The notes beneath the pieces were generated by a model. It was not told where the DNA came from. It was given only the letters and a program-made list of their open reading frames with translations, and did no database searches. A stretch of 64,000 nucleotides of DNA from an uncultured delta proteobacterium (GTDB lineage: Bacteria; Desulfobacterota; Binatia; Binatales; Binataceae). This document shows, piece by piece, positions 1 through 9,939 of the stretch (positions within the stretch are counted from its first letter, which is position 1; the number at the start of each line of letters is the position of its first letter). Location: contig CAWCDG010000002.1 in NCBI GenBank assembly GCA_963794325.1, forward strand, positions 512,001-576,000, given 5' to 3'. A program made the translations under genes and the position numbers.

Positions 1-2133
1 ACGCTCGCCAGCTTGTGTATCGGGGGATTTTTCGGAGTGGGGATTGCGGTCGATGGCGGCGACAATCTTTATATTGGAGACACGCTGAACAATCGGGCGC
101 TCGAATACAACGGGCCGTTCGGTTATGGGCAGACCAATAACGTCACGGCGGATTTGGTTTTCGAGGGCAATAACCTGGCGCAGCCGTCGGGGGTCGCGGC
201 GGACTCGAATCAGAACTTTTATGTTTCGTCGGAAGCGCACAATCAGGTGTACGAGTACACGCAGCCGGTGCCGCTGAGGCGGACGGACCTGCTCAACCTT
301 GAAATTGGACCCGGGGCGCAGAATCCGAATGCGGCATCGCTGCAATTCCCGATGGGGCTGGCGATCGACGGGGTCAACAATCTCTACGTCGCCGATCAGG
401 CGAACAATCGGGTGCTCGAGTTCAACGAATTCGGAGCGCCGGGCAACAAGGTCGCTAACGGCGCGGGCGGGCAGATCGATCGGGCGCACAACGGGCAGAA
501 CTTCGTCGATGCGGTCGGAGAGAATTCGCCGGGCGGGATTGCGATCGACGCGACGTCACAACCGCCGCGGCGGCATCTGTACGTCGCCGACACCGTGAAC
601 AATCGCGTGCTCGGATGGCGAGACGTGACGGCGTTCGCGGCACAGCCGGCGGATATTGTGATCGGGCAGCCCGACCTTTTCTCGAACAAGTGCAATAACG
701 GTAGGGCGGCGGGGGACGTTGTTGGACTCGGCGCGGACAGTCTGTGCGGACCGGCGCGGATGGCGGTCGATCAGCTGGGGAATCTGTACGTCGCGGACTC
801 GGGCAATAATCGGGTGCTGGTGTACAACACGCCGTTCAACGCGGCAAGTGGAGAGCCGGGCGCGGGCGACGCCTCGGCGGATTTCGTCTACGGGCAAGCG
901 GACAGTTTCACGACTTGGAGCTGCAATCCGAGCGGCGCGAATGCGACAACCTTGTGCAATCCGTCGGCGGCGGCGATCGACGGTGCCGGCAACATCTATA
1001 TAGCGGACGCGGGGAACAGTCGCGTGCTGGAGTTCGCAAAGGCAGGTAATCCGCCAAGTGCGTCGGATGCGATCGCGAGTCGAGTGTATGGGCAGGGGTC
1101 GGTGGCTGATTTCTCGGACCGGCAATGCGCCGACGGCGTCGGTGGAGATCCGCCAGCGAGCGATCACGCAATGTGCAATCCGGGCGGCGTCGCGATGGAC
1201 GCGTCGGGGAATCTGTTTGTGGCCGATACCGGCAACAACCGGGTGATTGAAATCGACGCGCCGCTCGAAGGCACGCAGAATGCTTCGCGGGTGTTCGGCC
1301 AGGCCCGCGATTTCACGGCGTCGGGATGCAATCGGCATGCGATGGCACCGAGCGGGTCCACGTTATGCGCGCCGGCGGGATTGATGCTCGACGTGCTCGG
1401 CAACCTGTGGGTCGCGGATGCGAGCAACCATCGCGTACTCGAATACGCGGCGCCGTTCAGCTCGGATAATCCGGCAACGATGGTGATCGGGCAAGGCGAT
1501 AGCGGCAACTTCACGACGGCGGGATGCGACGCGGGAATCGCGCCGGGGGACCTGTTCGGGCTGGGCGCGGACAGTTTGTGCGCGCCGTCCGCGGTGGCGG
1601 TCGATGCGAACATCGATCTCTACGTCGCGGACACTCAAAACAATCGATCGATGGTCTATGACGGGATCCTCGCGACGCCCACCGCGAGCGTGACTCCGAC
1701 TGCTACGGCTACCGCGACAGCAACCCCGACTGTGACGGCAACTATGACCGCCACCGCGACCACCACGGCGACCTCGACGCCTACCGCATCGCCGAGCGCG
1801 ACACCAACGCGGACGCCCGAGCCTGGCGGCAAACTCAAGCTGCGTCCGAAGTCGATAAAATTCGGCAGCGTTCCGGTCGGGAGCCATTCGAAGGTGCACA
1901 TCCTGAAAATCAGGAACGCCAGTTCCGCTACGATGGATGCTGCAGTGCCGACGCAGGGTGCGCCGTTCGTCGTGAGCGGCGGGGACTTTATCGTCAGTCC
2001 GCATGGCACGATGGCGGTGGCGATCGAGTTTGCGCCGACGGCGAAGGGATCCATGCACGGCGTGCTCATCATACAGAGCAGCGATCCGAAGCATCGGTCA
2101 GTAAAGGTCAAGGTCAGCGGGAGCGGGAAATAA
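1..2133 (+). CDS. NHL-repeat beta-propeller surface protein with Thr/Pro linker and C-terminal Ig-like (ASH/choice-of-anchor D) domain; 5'-partial
   Basis: Repeated LCxPxxxAxDxxGNLYVADxxNNRVL units, TPTATAT linker, C-terminal 'PKSIKFGSVPVG...VSGSGK'. Frame is open from base 1. Confidence 0.85.
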   Translation, partial: TLASLCIGGFFGVGIAVDGGDNLYIGDTLNNRALEYNGPFGYGQTNNVTADLVFEGNNLAQPSGVAADSNQNFYVSSEAHNQVYEYTQPVPLRRTDLLNLEIGPGAQNPNAASLQFPMGLAIDGVNNLYVADQANNRVLEFNEFGAPGNKVANGAGGQIDRAHNGQNFVDAVGENSPGGIAIDATSQPPRRHLYVADTVNNRVLGWRDVTAFAAQPADIVIGQPDLFSNKCNNGRAAGDVVGLGADSLCGPARMAVDQLGNLYVADSGNNRVLVYNTPFNAASGEPGAGDASADFVYGQADSFTTWSCNPSGANATTLCNPSAAAIDGAGNIYIADAGNSRVLEFAKAGNPPSASDAIASRVYGQGSVADFSDRQCADGVGGDPPASDHAMCNPGGVAMDASGNLFVADTGNNRVIEIDAPLEGTQNASRVFGQARDFTASGCNRHAMAPSGSTLCAPAGLMLDVLGNLWVADASNHRVLEYAAPFSSDNPATMVIGQGDSGNFTTAGCDAGIAPGDLFGLGADSLCAPSAVAVDANIDLYVADTQNNRSMVYDGILATPTASVTPTATATATATPTVTATMTATATTTATSTPTASPSATPTRTPEPGGKLKLRPKSIKFGSVPVGSHSKVHILKIRNASSATMDAAVPTQGAPFVVSGGDFIVSPHGTMAVAIEFAPTAKGSMHGVLIIQSSDPKHRSVKVKVSGSGK

Positions 2134-2153
2134 TCATTTATCGTCGACCGCGC

Positions 2154-3056
2154 TTACTTCTTGCCGATGTCGATGTCGAAGCCGCCGGCTTCCGGGTGGT
2201 GACCGTACACGTCTTCGGCGAAGTATTCGGACTGATAGGTCGCAGGACGCGCGCCCCAGCCGTATTCGAACATCCAGCCCGACGGGTTGCGGAAATAGAA
2301 TGAGTACATGTGATCGTTCGAATGCTTGCCGGGAGTGATGGTTACGGGAACATTGTTCTTGCGGATGAGATCGTAGGTCATCCCCACGTCGTCGAGATTG
2401 TCCACTTCGAGCATGATGTGATTGAGCCGGCGATCGCCGCCCGGGATTCCGAAGGCGACCGTGTGGTCGCGGTCGTTGCAATGCATGAAGACCAGCCCGA
2501 TGGTCCGCTTGCCGCCACGAAATTTGTACTCGACGCCGCCGCGCATTCCGAGGTGTGCATAGAAGCGCTGGGCCGCATCGACGTCGCGCTCGCGCACGAT
2601 GCAATGGCCGAGACCGCCGGTGCCGGTTTTGAATCGCCCATGCATCGGGCGGCCCGGATGGAACGGCTTGCTGAACTGCATAAAAGGACCGTGAAAGATC
2701 TCGACGGGATTGCCGTCGGGGTCGTTCAGCTTGAGAACTTCGAGCACGCGGCGCTCGTCGGCTTCGTCCTCGGATCCGACGCGGAACTTTATCCCGGCTT
2801 CGGACAGTTGACGCTGCATCTGCGCGAATTCGTCGGCGCCTGCGACGCGGAGTCCCAGGTATGCCAGGTCGTCGCTACCGTCGGCATGCAGGACGAGGCG
2901 GTGATGCAGGTAATCCATCCGCAGGTAGCATCGATCGGACTCGCCTTCGTCGGTCAGCTCGAACCCAACGATGTTAGTCGCGAAATTTTTCCACGCGTCG
3001 AGATCTTTAACCCCGAGTCCCATGTAGCCTAATTCTGTTACCTGGATCATTTGCAT
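2154..3056 (-). CDS. Extradiol ring-cleavage dioxygenase (BphC/HsaC-like, VOC fold)
   Basis: Motifs ELGYMGLGV, LRMDYLHHRL, GLGH, FMHCNDRDH, HIMLEV, GKHSND, SFYFRNPSGWMFEYGW. GGAGG precedes ATG at 3056 (3050 also possible). Confidence 0.9.
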   Translation of the reverse strand: MQMIQVTELGYMGLGVKDLDAWKNFATNIVGFELTDEGESDRCYLRMDYLHHRLVLHADGSDDLAYLGLRVAGADEFAQMQRQLSEAGIKFRVGSEDEADERRVLEVLKLNDPDGNPVEIFHGPFMQFSKPFHPGRPMHGRFKTGTGGLGHCIVRERDVDAAQRFYAHLGMRGGVEYKFRGGKRTIGLVFMHCNDRDHTVAFGIPGGDRRLNHIMLEVDNLDDVGMTYDLIRKNNVPVTITPGKHSNDHMYSFYFRNPSGWMFEYGWGARPATYQSEYFAEDVYGHHPEAGGFDIDIGKK

Positions 3057-3067
3057 TTCCTCCGAAT

Positions 3068-3934
3068 TCATCGAGCGTCAGTGCGAACCCAATCAGAACC
3101 CAACGCGACGCGGCGCACCGAATCGGTGTCCGTCGGCTGATGACCAACTTTATGCACGGGCGCGGGGGCTTCGACAACCTTGTTCGACAGGCGTCCCAGG
3201 CCGGTGACCTCGACTTCGACGAGGTCGCCGATGTTCATCGGGCGCGAATTCTTCGGAGTGCCGGACAGTATGATGTCGCCGGGCAGCAGGGTGATGAATC
3301 GCGACAGGTCGGCGATTATATAGTCTATTGGAAATAGCATTTCGGAGATGGCGCCTTCCTGGACCATCTTACTATTGATGTAAGTACGCAAAGTTGATTT
3401 GCGAATATCTACTCCACTGACTATTCCCGGACCGATCGGACAGAAGCCGTCCTGGCCCTTCACGCGGAGCATCGAGCCCGCGTCGGTCTCGCGATAGTCC
3501 TGGCATCCGACGTCGTTGGCAGGCGCGAACCCCGCGATATAGTCCCAACTCTCTTCGCGACTGATGTTGCGCGCGGGCTTGCCGATGATCACGCCTACTT
3601 CGCCTTCATAGTTCAGATACTTGTGCCCACTGGGGCGGCATAGCACGCCGCGATGAGAATTGAGCGCGGTGACAGGCTTCTGGAAGTAGGTTGGCGTCTC
3701 GAGCATCGGCGCTTTGAACTCGACGCGGCGCGAGTCGTAGTTCAAATGGATGCATAGAATCTTGGCGGGATCGCATGGCGGCAGGTAAGTCGCCTCTGAA
3801 TCGGCGATCGTGCGGCCGTCGCCGAGGATGAGGCGATCGCGATCGGGGCGGACCCATTTGGGCTGTCCTTCGTGGAGGATTCGGCGCCATTCTTCGCGCG
3901 GGCCATCGAGTACATTCACTGGGTATTCCTCCAA
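3068..3934 (-). CDS. Fumarylacetoacetate hydrolase family protein (HpaG-like)
   Basis: Motifs KILCIHLNY, YEGEVGVIIG, NDV, KGQDGFCPIGP, LLPGDIILSGTP. Confidence 0.9.
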   Translation of the reverse strand: MEEYPVNVLDGPREEWRRILHEGQPKWVRPDRDRLILGDGRTIADSEATYLPPCDPAKILCIHLNYDSRRVEFKAPMLETPTYFQKPVTALNSHRGVLCRPSGHKYLNYEGEVGVIIGKPARNISREESWDYIAGFAPANDVGCQDYRETDAGSMLRVKGQDGFCPIGPGIVSGVDIRKSTLRTYINSKMVQEGAISEMLFPIDYIIADLSRFITLLPGDIILSGTPKNSRPMNIGDLVEVEVTGLGRLSNKVVEAPAPVHKVGHQPTDTDSVRRVALGSDWVRTDAR

Positions 3935-3950
3935 TAGTCAGTTGAGTACG

Positions 3951-3996
3951 AGAACCTAACCCCTAACCCCTTCCCGAGCGGGAAGGGGGACCGGAT
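3951..3996. repeat. REP-like palindromic element, family A copy 1
   Basis: agaacctaacccctaaccccttcccgagcgggaagggggaccggat; 45/46 identical to the reverse complement of 58992-59037; internal hairpin ccccttccc-gagc-gggaagggg. Confidence 0.85.
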
Positions 3997-4009
3997 CAAG
4001 AAAAAGATT

Positions 4010-5464
4010 TCATGCGAATGAGCCTTTCAGGGCGGCGATGTTTTTTACGTCGCAATAGAAGTCGAAGCTCCAGTTGCCGCCTTCGCGGCCGATGCCGGAG
4101 TCGCGACTGCCGCCGAATGGGGCTGCGAGCTCGCGTACGAAGTAGCAATTGACCCACACCGTACCGGCGGTGATGCGACTTGCGATGCGCATCGCGCGTT
4201 CCTGATTCTTGCTGAAGACCACCGCGGCGAGTCCGTAGTGAGTGCCGTTGGCCAGCGCGATCAGCTCGTCTTCGTCGCGAAATGTCTGCCACGTGAGCAC
4301 CGGGCCGAATACTTCGCGTTGCACGATCTCCATGTCCTGCCGCGCTCCTTCGAGCAGCGTGGGCTCGAAGTATAGTTCGCCGACGCTGGAACGCTTGCCG
4401 CCCCAGAGCGGTTTGACGCCGGACTTCAGCGCGCGATCGACGAATCCCTCGACGCGCCGAAAATGTTCCTCCGTGATTAGCGGGCCGACACGCGTGCTCT
4501 TCTCGCGCGGATCGCCGACCGTCATGTGCGTTGCAGCCGCGCGTAACTTGGTCTGGAATTCGTCGGCAATCGACGCGTCAACCAACAGGCGAGTGCCCGC
4601 GAGGCACACCTGGCCCGCATTAATGTACTGGCCGGCGGCGGTCTGCGCGGCGGCGTCGAGGTCGGCGTCGGCGCACACTATGTACGGAGATTTGCCGCCG
4701 AGCTCGAAACTGATCGGGGTGAGCGAGCGCGCGGTGGACTGGCCGATCAATTTCGCGGTGTCGGTCGAGCCGGTAAAACTCAGGCGGTCGATGTCGGGAT
4801 GAGCCGCGAGCGCGGCGCCGGCTTCTTCGCCGATACCTTGGACGACATTCAGCACGCCGGCCGGGAGGCCGGCCTCGGTGGCGAGATCGGCCATCATCGA
4901 GCAGGTGAGCGGCGCCCATTCGGGCGGCTTGACGACGACGGTGTCGCCGGCCGCCAGAGCCGGTCCGACCTTCCACGTAGTGAGCATGAAGGGGGCGTTC
5001 CACGGCGTGATCAGCGCGGCCACCCCGGCAGGATCGAAGCGCACGTGGTTCACAACCTCGGGCGAATCGATTTGATCGTGATCCAATTTCAGCGCGCGGT
5101 CGGCGAAGAACTCGATGTTGAGCGCGGCGCGCGGAATCACGCGCGCGAGATTGCCCATCAGCAGCGATCCGTTATCGGCAGTCTCGACGGCGGAGAGTTC
5201 CTTCGCGTGATCGAGGATGTTCTGTGCGAACTCTTTCAGAATGCGATGACGTCCCTCGGGTCCGAGCGCCGCCCATTTCGGAAACGCGCGGCGAGCGGCT
5301 GCGACGGCCGAATCGATTTCCGCGGCACCGCCGCTGCTCACATCGGCGAGGTGTTTGCCGTCGATCGGCGAGCAATCTTGAAATGTGCGCTTCGACCCGA
5401 CACGCTTGCCGTCGATAAAGTGATCGGTAGATACGTCAACGCCGGCGACTTTCGCGGTGCTCAT
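4010..5464 (-). CDS. Aldehyde dehydrogenase, 2-hydroxymuconic semialdehyde/HpaE type
   Basis: Motifs ITPWNAP, FTGST, FELGGKSP, GQVCLAGTR, EVFGPV, PFGGSRDSGIGREGG; lies in a meta-cleavage cluster. Confidence 0.9.
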   Translation of the reverse strand: MSTAKVAGVDVSTDHFIDGKRVGSKRTFQDCSPIDGKHLADVSSGGAAEIDSAVAAARRAFPKWAALGPEGRHRILKEFAQNILDHAKELSAVETADNGSLLMGNLARVIPRAALNIEFFADRALKLDHDQIDSPEVVNHVRFDPAGVAALITPWNAPFMLTTWKVGPALAAGDTVVVKPPEWAPLTCSMMADLATEAGLPAGVLNVVQGIGEEAGAALAAHPDIDRLSFTGSTDTAKLIGQSTARSLTPISFELGGKSPYIVCADADLDAAAQTAAGQYINAGQVCLAGTRLLVDASIADEFQTKLRAAATHMTVGDPREKSTRVGPLITEEHFRRVEGFVDRALKSGVKPLWGGKRSSVGELYFEPTLLEGARQDMEIVQREVFGPVLTWQTFRDEDELIALANGTHYGLAAVVFSKNQERAMRIASRITAGTVWVNCYFVRELAAPFGGSRDSGIGREGGNWSFDFYCDVKNIAALKGSFA

Positions 5465-6967
5465 CTGCGAATCTCCCTGGGTAGATTGATTTTCCGTTTC
5501 TCCAGAATTGCCTGCTCATCAACCGTCCGCGCCGGCTCATCAAGGATGCCGTCCACCAACCGCCGGGCGCGTTCCTTGGGCGCGAGCAGGTGTGCCAACT
5601 GATAATTTCGCGCACCCGATGCCAAATAGAAGCGCTCGTACAATTCGTTGCGGCCGGCCAGCGCGCTGCCGACGAAGTCCCAGGCCAGCCGGAAGATTCG
5701 CGCACGCTCCTGCGCTTTCATTTCGCCCGCGCCGCGCAGATAGCGGTCGATGAGCGGGCGGAGTGTTGGATCGTTAAGCTGCGCCTCGGTCGGTGCGGCG
5801 AGCAGGTTGTGCGAGCCGAGCAGCGTGATGATTTCGCCGACCCGCGGAAACCAGGTCGGCAGCGCGGCGCGCAACGCGGCCAGCGGACCGCCGTTGGGAA
5901 ACCATACGCCGTTGCCGTACTCGAAGGCCTCGACCTCCGCACTTTGAATAGCGGCGCGCGCGAACTCCGCGTACGTCCAGATCTCGCCGAGCATCTGTTT
6001 TGTGGCCGGCGAAGAGTCGTTGATCGCTTCCGCCATCCGGCTCGCCAGCCCGTAGGCGAATTCGAGCTTGGTCTGCGCGCGAATCATCGTCTGCTGCATG
6101 ATGTTCGGATACCAGCCTGTCGCCATCACGGTGTTGTAGGCGGCGAGGTTGGCGTTGATGAAGACGCGATCGCGCGGGACTTCGACGTCGTCGAAAATCA
6201 CGAAGGCGTCCTGCTCGTCGAAGCGGCTCGACAGCGGATGGTCGAAGCGATTGGGCGCAGTCGCGCAACTGTCGCGGCAGAGGAATTTCAGGCCCGGCGT
6301 GTCCATCGGCACACAGAACGAAAGCGCGTACGCGTCGGTACCCTCGAGCAGCGGCACGGCAGGATAGACCGCGATTTCGTCGGCAAACGGCGCCAGCGTC
6401 GCGAGGATTCTCGAGCCCCGCACGACGATTCCGTGCGCGGTGTCGGCGACCTTGTGCAGCGCGACCTCGTTGCCGGGCTCGGGCACATCACCCTTGGCCT
6501 TGTCGATAGTGGGGTGGATGATCGTATGGGTCAGCGCGATGTCGTTGCGCGCGAGGGACTTCTGGTATGCGACGAGGTTCGCCGCGCCGCGATCGTTGCC
6601 GTTCACGGGCCCATTCGTCAGCGCGTCCTGCGAAGCCCGCGAACGTGACGTTCATATAGTCGGGCGTGCGGCCCATCAAACCGACGGTGAATTCGGCGAT
6701 GGTCTGCAGGCACGCGTGACGGCGCTTGAGGTCGTCGAGCGAGCGCGGAATCATGTGGCTCAGGTTGATCGGCTCGCCGGTCTCGGGATCCGGCATCAGG
6801 CAGACGTCGCGCGCCTGATGCTGAAGATCGAAAATCTGCGCTAGCGTATTCGCGGCTCCTGCGAAAGCAGGATGCGACACGATGTCCGACACCTTGTCGT
6901 CGCCGACCCAGAGTTGCCGCGGCTTGGACAGTCCCGCGAGAAATTCGCGACCGGTGCGTGCTCCCAT
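5461..6967 (-). CDS. 4-hydroxyphenylacetate 3-monooxygenase oxygenase family (HpaB-like), frameshifted near 6610
   Basis: N-part 'GARTGREFLAGL...MGRTPDYMN' (6488-6967) and C-part 'HPLSSRFDEQDA...RNELYERFY' (5461-6606). Removing one C in gggcccgtg joins them. Confidence 0.85.
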
Positions 6968-7669
6968 TTAGCGACCTCTCCGTCCGTTCCGGCTGGTCGC
7001 GACGGTAGAGGCGGCGCGCCGGACTGGATTGGATTTTCTGGTTGCAAGAATTTTCGACGACTCGCTTCGGAGACCGTCGAGCTGCAGTTTGAGTGCGACG
7101 CGCAGGCCTTCGTCGCGCTGCCGGCTGGTTATCGGATCGCCGCCCAGCCATCGTTGCAACTGAGCGAAGTAGAGGGCGAACAGGCTATGTGTGAGGTGCG
7201 CCGCCGGGACGTCGGCGCGAAGCTCGCCGCGCGACTTCGCTTGCTCGATCAGGTTGGCAATTCCGGCAAACATCGAAGCCATCATTTCCGCAATGCCGTG
7301 ACGACGATCTTCGACGAAAGGCAGCTCTCTCACGAATACACGCGCCAAGCCGCGATCCCGCTCGTGCAGCGCGATCATCGCTCCGAAGAGATGCAGCATC
7401 TGATCGAGCAGCGGCCGCGCCGGCATCGTGGCGAGGGCATCGGCGACCACGCGACCGATTTCCTCGCGGAAAAGGAGCACGAGCAGGTCCTCTTTGGTGC
7501 CTGCATAGAGGAACAGGGTGCCTGCGCCGATATCCGCGGCCGCGGCGATTTCGCGAGTGGTGGTGGCCTCGAAGCCCTTGCGGCCGAATAGTTTTCGCGC
7601 GGCGCGTTTAATCCGCTCGAGCTTATCGCGCTTGCTGCGTTCGATGCGGCCTGGACTGTCGTTCAGCAT
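6968..7669 (-). CDS. TetR/AcrR family transcriptional regulator
   Basis: HTH 'AARKLFGRKGFEATTTREIAAAADIGAGTLFLY'. Confidence 0.9.
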   Translation of the reverse strand: MLNDSPGRIERSKRDKLERIKRAARKLFGRKGFEATTTREIAAAADIGAGTLFLYAGTKEDLLVLLFREEIGRVVADALATMPARPLLDQMLHLFGAMIALHERDRGLARVFVRELPFVEDRRHGIAEMMASMFAGIANLIEQAKSRGELRADVPAAHLTHSLFALYFAQLQRWLGGDPITSRQRDEGLRVALKLQLDGLRSESSKILATRKSNPVRRAASTVATSRNGRRGR

Positions 7670-7680
7670 TTGTGCTTTTG

Positions 7681-7712
7681 AAACTGAGCGCGCTCAGTTT
7701 TGAGCGTGCTCA
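7681..7712. promoter_or_regulatory. Palindromic operator, probably bound by the adjacent TetR
   Basis: Perfect 20-bp palindrome aaactgagcgcgctcagttt followed by a second site tgagcgtgctca, 12 bp upstream of the tetR start in a divergent promoter region. Confidence 0.7.
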
Positions 7713-7823
7713 TTATTTAGTAAAAACCCGGTCACTTGTCAAACGCCTGGATGAATTTCGGACTCGCAGATTTGCGAAGCTGCTACGTGCTGATTAGTCT
7801 GCGATCTCGATCGGAGGACAATC

Positions 7824-8579
7824 ATGGCTGGATTAGTACTTCGCGAAGACCGGGACGGTCTCGCAACGCTGACGCTGAATCGTCCCGAAAAACTCAACTC
7901 GCTTAACGTCGAGATGTTCGTCGAATTGCGCGCGCACGTCGATCAGATCGCAGGCGAAACCGATCGCGTCGGCCTGGTAGTCGTGCGCGGCGCGGGTAAG
8001 TGCTTCTCTGCAGGGCACGACCTTGGCGACATCGCGAAGGGCGAGCGTCCGCCCAAGCCGAACTTCCAGTCCGAGACGATCGAGCATCTGGCGAATCTGC
8101 CGCAACCGGTTATCTCCGCGGTGCATGGACATTGCTACACCGGCGCGCTCGAGCTGGCGCTGGCGGGGGATCTGATCGTCGCCGCGGAGTCCGCGAAGTT
8201 CGCCGACACGCATGCGCGATGGGCGCTGACTCCCATCTGGGGGATGAGCCAGCGGCTGCCGCGACGGGTCGGTCCGTCGAAGGCGCGCGAGATGATGCTC
8301 ACCTGCCGCACCTACTCAGGCGTCGAAGCGGCTGCGATGGGCCTCGCGAACATCTGCGTGCCTGACGATTCGTTCGACCAGGAACTGCGCGCGCTGGCTG
8401 ACACGATCCTCGCCAATTCCTGGTTCAGTCATCGCGCCAACAAACGCCTGTTGATCGAGACCGACGGCCTGTCGATCGGCGCGGGCCTCGCGCACGAGGT
8501 CTATCGAAACCCCGGCGTCGGTCCCGACATGCGCGAGCGTATCAGTGCGTTTAACAGCAAGTCGGCGCGCCGTGCCTGA
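7824..8579 (+). CDS. Enoyl-CoA hydratase/isomerase family protein
   Basis: Motifs LTLNRPEKLNSL, FSAGHDL, GALELALAGD, GMSQRLPRRVG; GGAGG RBS. Confidence 0.9.
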   Translation: MAGLVLREDRDGLATLTLNRPEKLNSLNVEMFVELRAHVDQIAGETDRVGLVVVRGAGKCFSAGHDLGDIAKGERPPKPNFQSETIEHLANLPQPVISAVHGHCYTGALELALAGDLIVAAESAKFADTHARWALTPIWGMSQRLPRRVGPSKAREMMLTCRTYSGVEAAAMGLANICVPDDSFDQELRALADTILANSWFSHRANKRLLIETDGLSIGAGLAHEVYRNPGVGPDMRERISAFNSKSARRA

Positions 8580-9870
8580 GAGCGACGGCGCGCCTGCGGT
8601 GGAGACTGGTCAGCCCGACCAGCTTCAACCGCCCGATGATGATTCGAGTGCGAGCCGCGGCGCATTTCGCGCCTTGCGCCATCGTAACTATCGCCTTTAT
8701 TTCTTCGGCCAGCTCATTTCGCTCGCCGGCACCTGGATGCAAAGTGCGGCGCAGGCGTGGCTGGTGTTGAAGCTGACCAACTCGGCGACGATGCTCGGCG
8801 TGGTATCGTTCGCGCAGTTCACGCCAATCCTGCTGGTCGGTTTGTTCGCCGGCGTGCTGGTCGATCGGGTCGATCGCCGCCGCCTGATAATCACGACGCA
8901 AATCCTGTTGATGCTGAGCGCCTTCACGCTGGCGGTGCTGACCTGGACCGGTGCGGTCCGCGTCGAGTACGTGATCCTGCTCGCCGCTTTCAACGGCACT
9001 GTCGGATCGTTTGACATGCCCGGGCGCCAATCGTTCGTGGTCGAGATGGTAGGTTACGACGATCTCGCCAATGCGATCGCGCTCAACTCGATGATGTTCA
9101 ACAGCGCGCGGATGCTCGGTCCCGCAGCCGCCGGATTGCTGATCGCATGGCTCGGCATCGGCACCTGTTTTTTCCTGAACGGGGTTAGCTTTCTCGCCGT
9201 CATTTGGAGCCTGACCCAGATGGATATCCCCGCGCGGGTGATCTCCGGGGTCGGCGCGCGCATGATTCATCAACTGCGCGAGGGCCTTGCGTACGTATGG
9301 AGCAATCGGCCGCTGTTCTACCAGATGGCGTTGGCCGCGGTGACCAACGGCTTCGGCTACCAGTACCTGGTGCTGGTTCCGCTGTTCGCAAAACAGGTGC
9401 TGCATGGCGATGCGCGCACCTACGGATTCCTGGTCGCGATACAGGGACTCGGCTCAGTGGTAGGCGCGGTCACGCTCGCGTCGCGCGTGTCGACGCGGGG
9501 GATGAGGAACAATCTGCTGGCCGGGCTTTTTCTCTCCGCGATTGGAATCGTCGTTTTCGGGATGTCGCGATCGTTCGCACTCTCTCTCGCCGCGCAATTC
9601 GTAATCGGCGCGGGACTGACCAACTTCAGGGCGAGCAACAATACGCTGGTGCAGATGTTCGTCAACGACGACTTGCGCGGCCGCGTGATGAGCACCTATC
9701 AGCTTGCCGCGGTCGGGATGACCCCGATCGGCGCGCTCGAAGTCGGCTACATGGGCTCGCATGTGGGTCCGATGGAGACGGTCGTCATATGCGGAGCGAT
9801 CATTCTGATCTCGGGGATCGTGCTGCTGACCAGCCTTAAGTCGGTCGGTATGGACGAGGAACCGTCCTAG
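8572..9870 (+). CDS. MFS transporter
   Basis: 'FRALRHRNYRLYFFGQLISLAGTWMQ', DRVDRRR loop, about 12 hydrophobic segments; start uncertain. Confidence 0.9.
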   Translation: MPESDGAPAVETGQPDQLQPPDDDSSASRGAFRALRHRNYRLYFFGQLISLAGTWMQSAAQAWLVLKLTNSATMLGVVSFAQFTPILLVGLFAGVLVDRVDRRRLIITTQILLMLSAFTLAVLTWTGAVRVEYVILLAAFNGTVGSFDMPGRQSFVVEMVGYDDLANAIALNSMMFNSARMLGPAAAGLLIAWLGIGTCFFLNGVSFLAVIWSLTQMDIPARVISGVGARMIHQLREGLAYVWSNRPLFYQMALAAVTNGFGYQYLVLVPLFAKQVLHGDARTYGFLVAIQGLGSVVGAVTLASRVSTRGMRNNLLAGLFLSAIGIVVFGMSRSFALSLAAQFVIGAGLTNFRASNNTLVQMFVNDDLRGRVMSTYQLAAVGMTPIGALEVGYMGSHVGPMETVVICGAIILISGIVLLTSLKSVGMDEEPS

Positions 9871-9939
9871 TTTCGAGCTTGCCAGACAGCCACTTGGTGT
9901 GTTCAATGCTCGCAAACTGTTTGAACTCAAGGAGCCCCG

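Noticed and set aside
1675-1820. Repetitive acc/gcg-rich DNA
   Set aside because: It encodes the Thr/Ala/Pro linker of the NHL protein.
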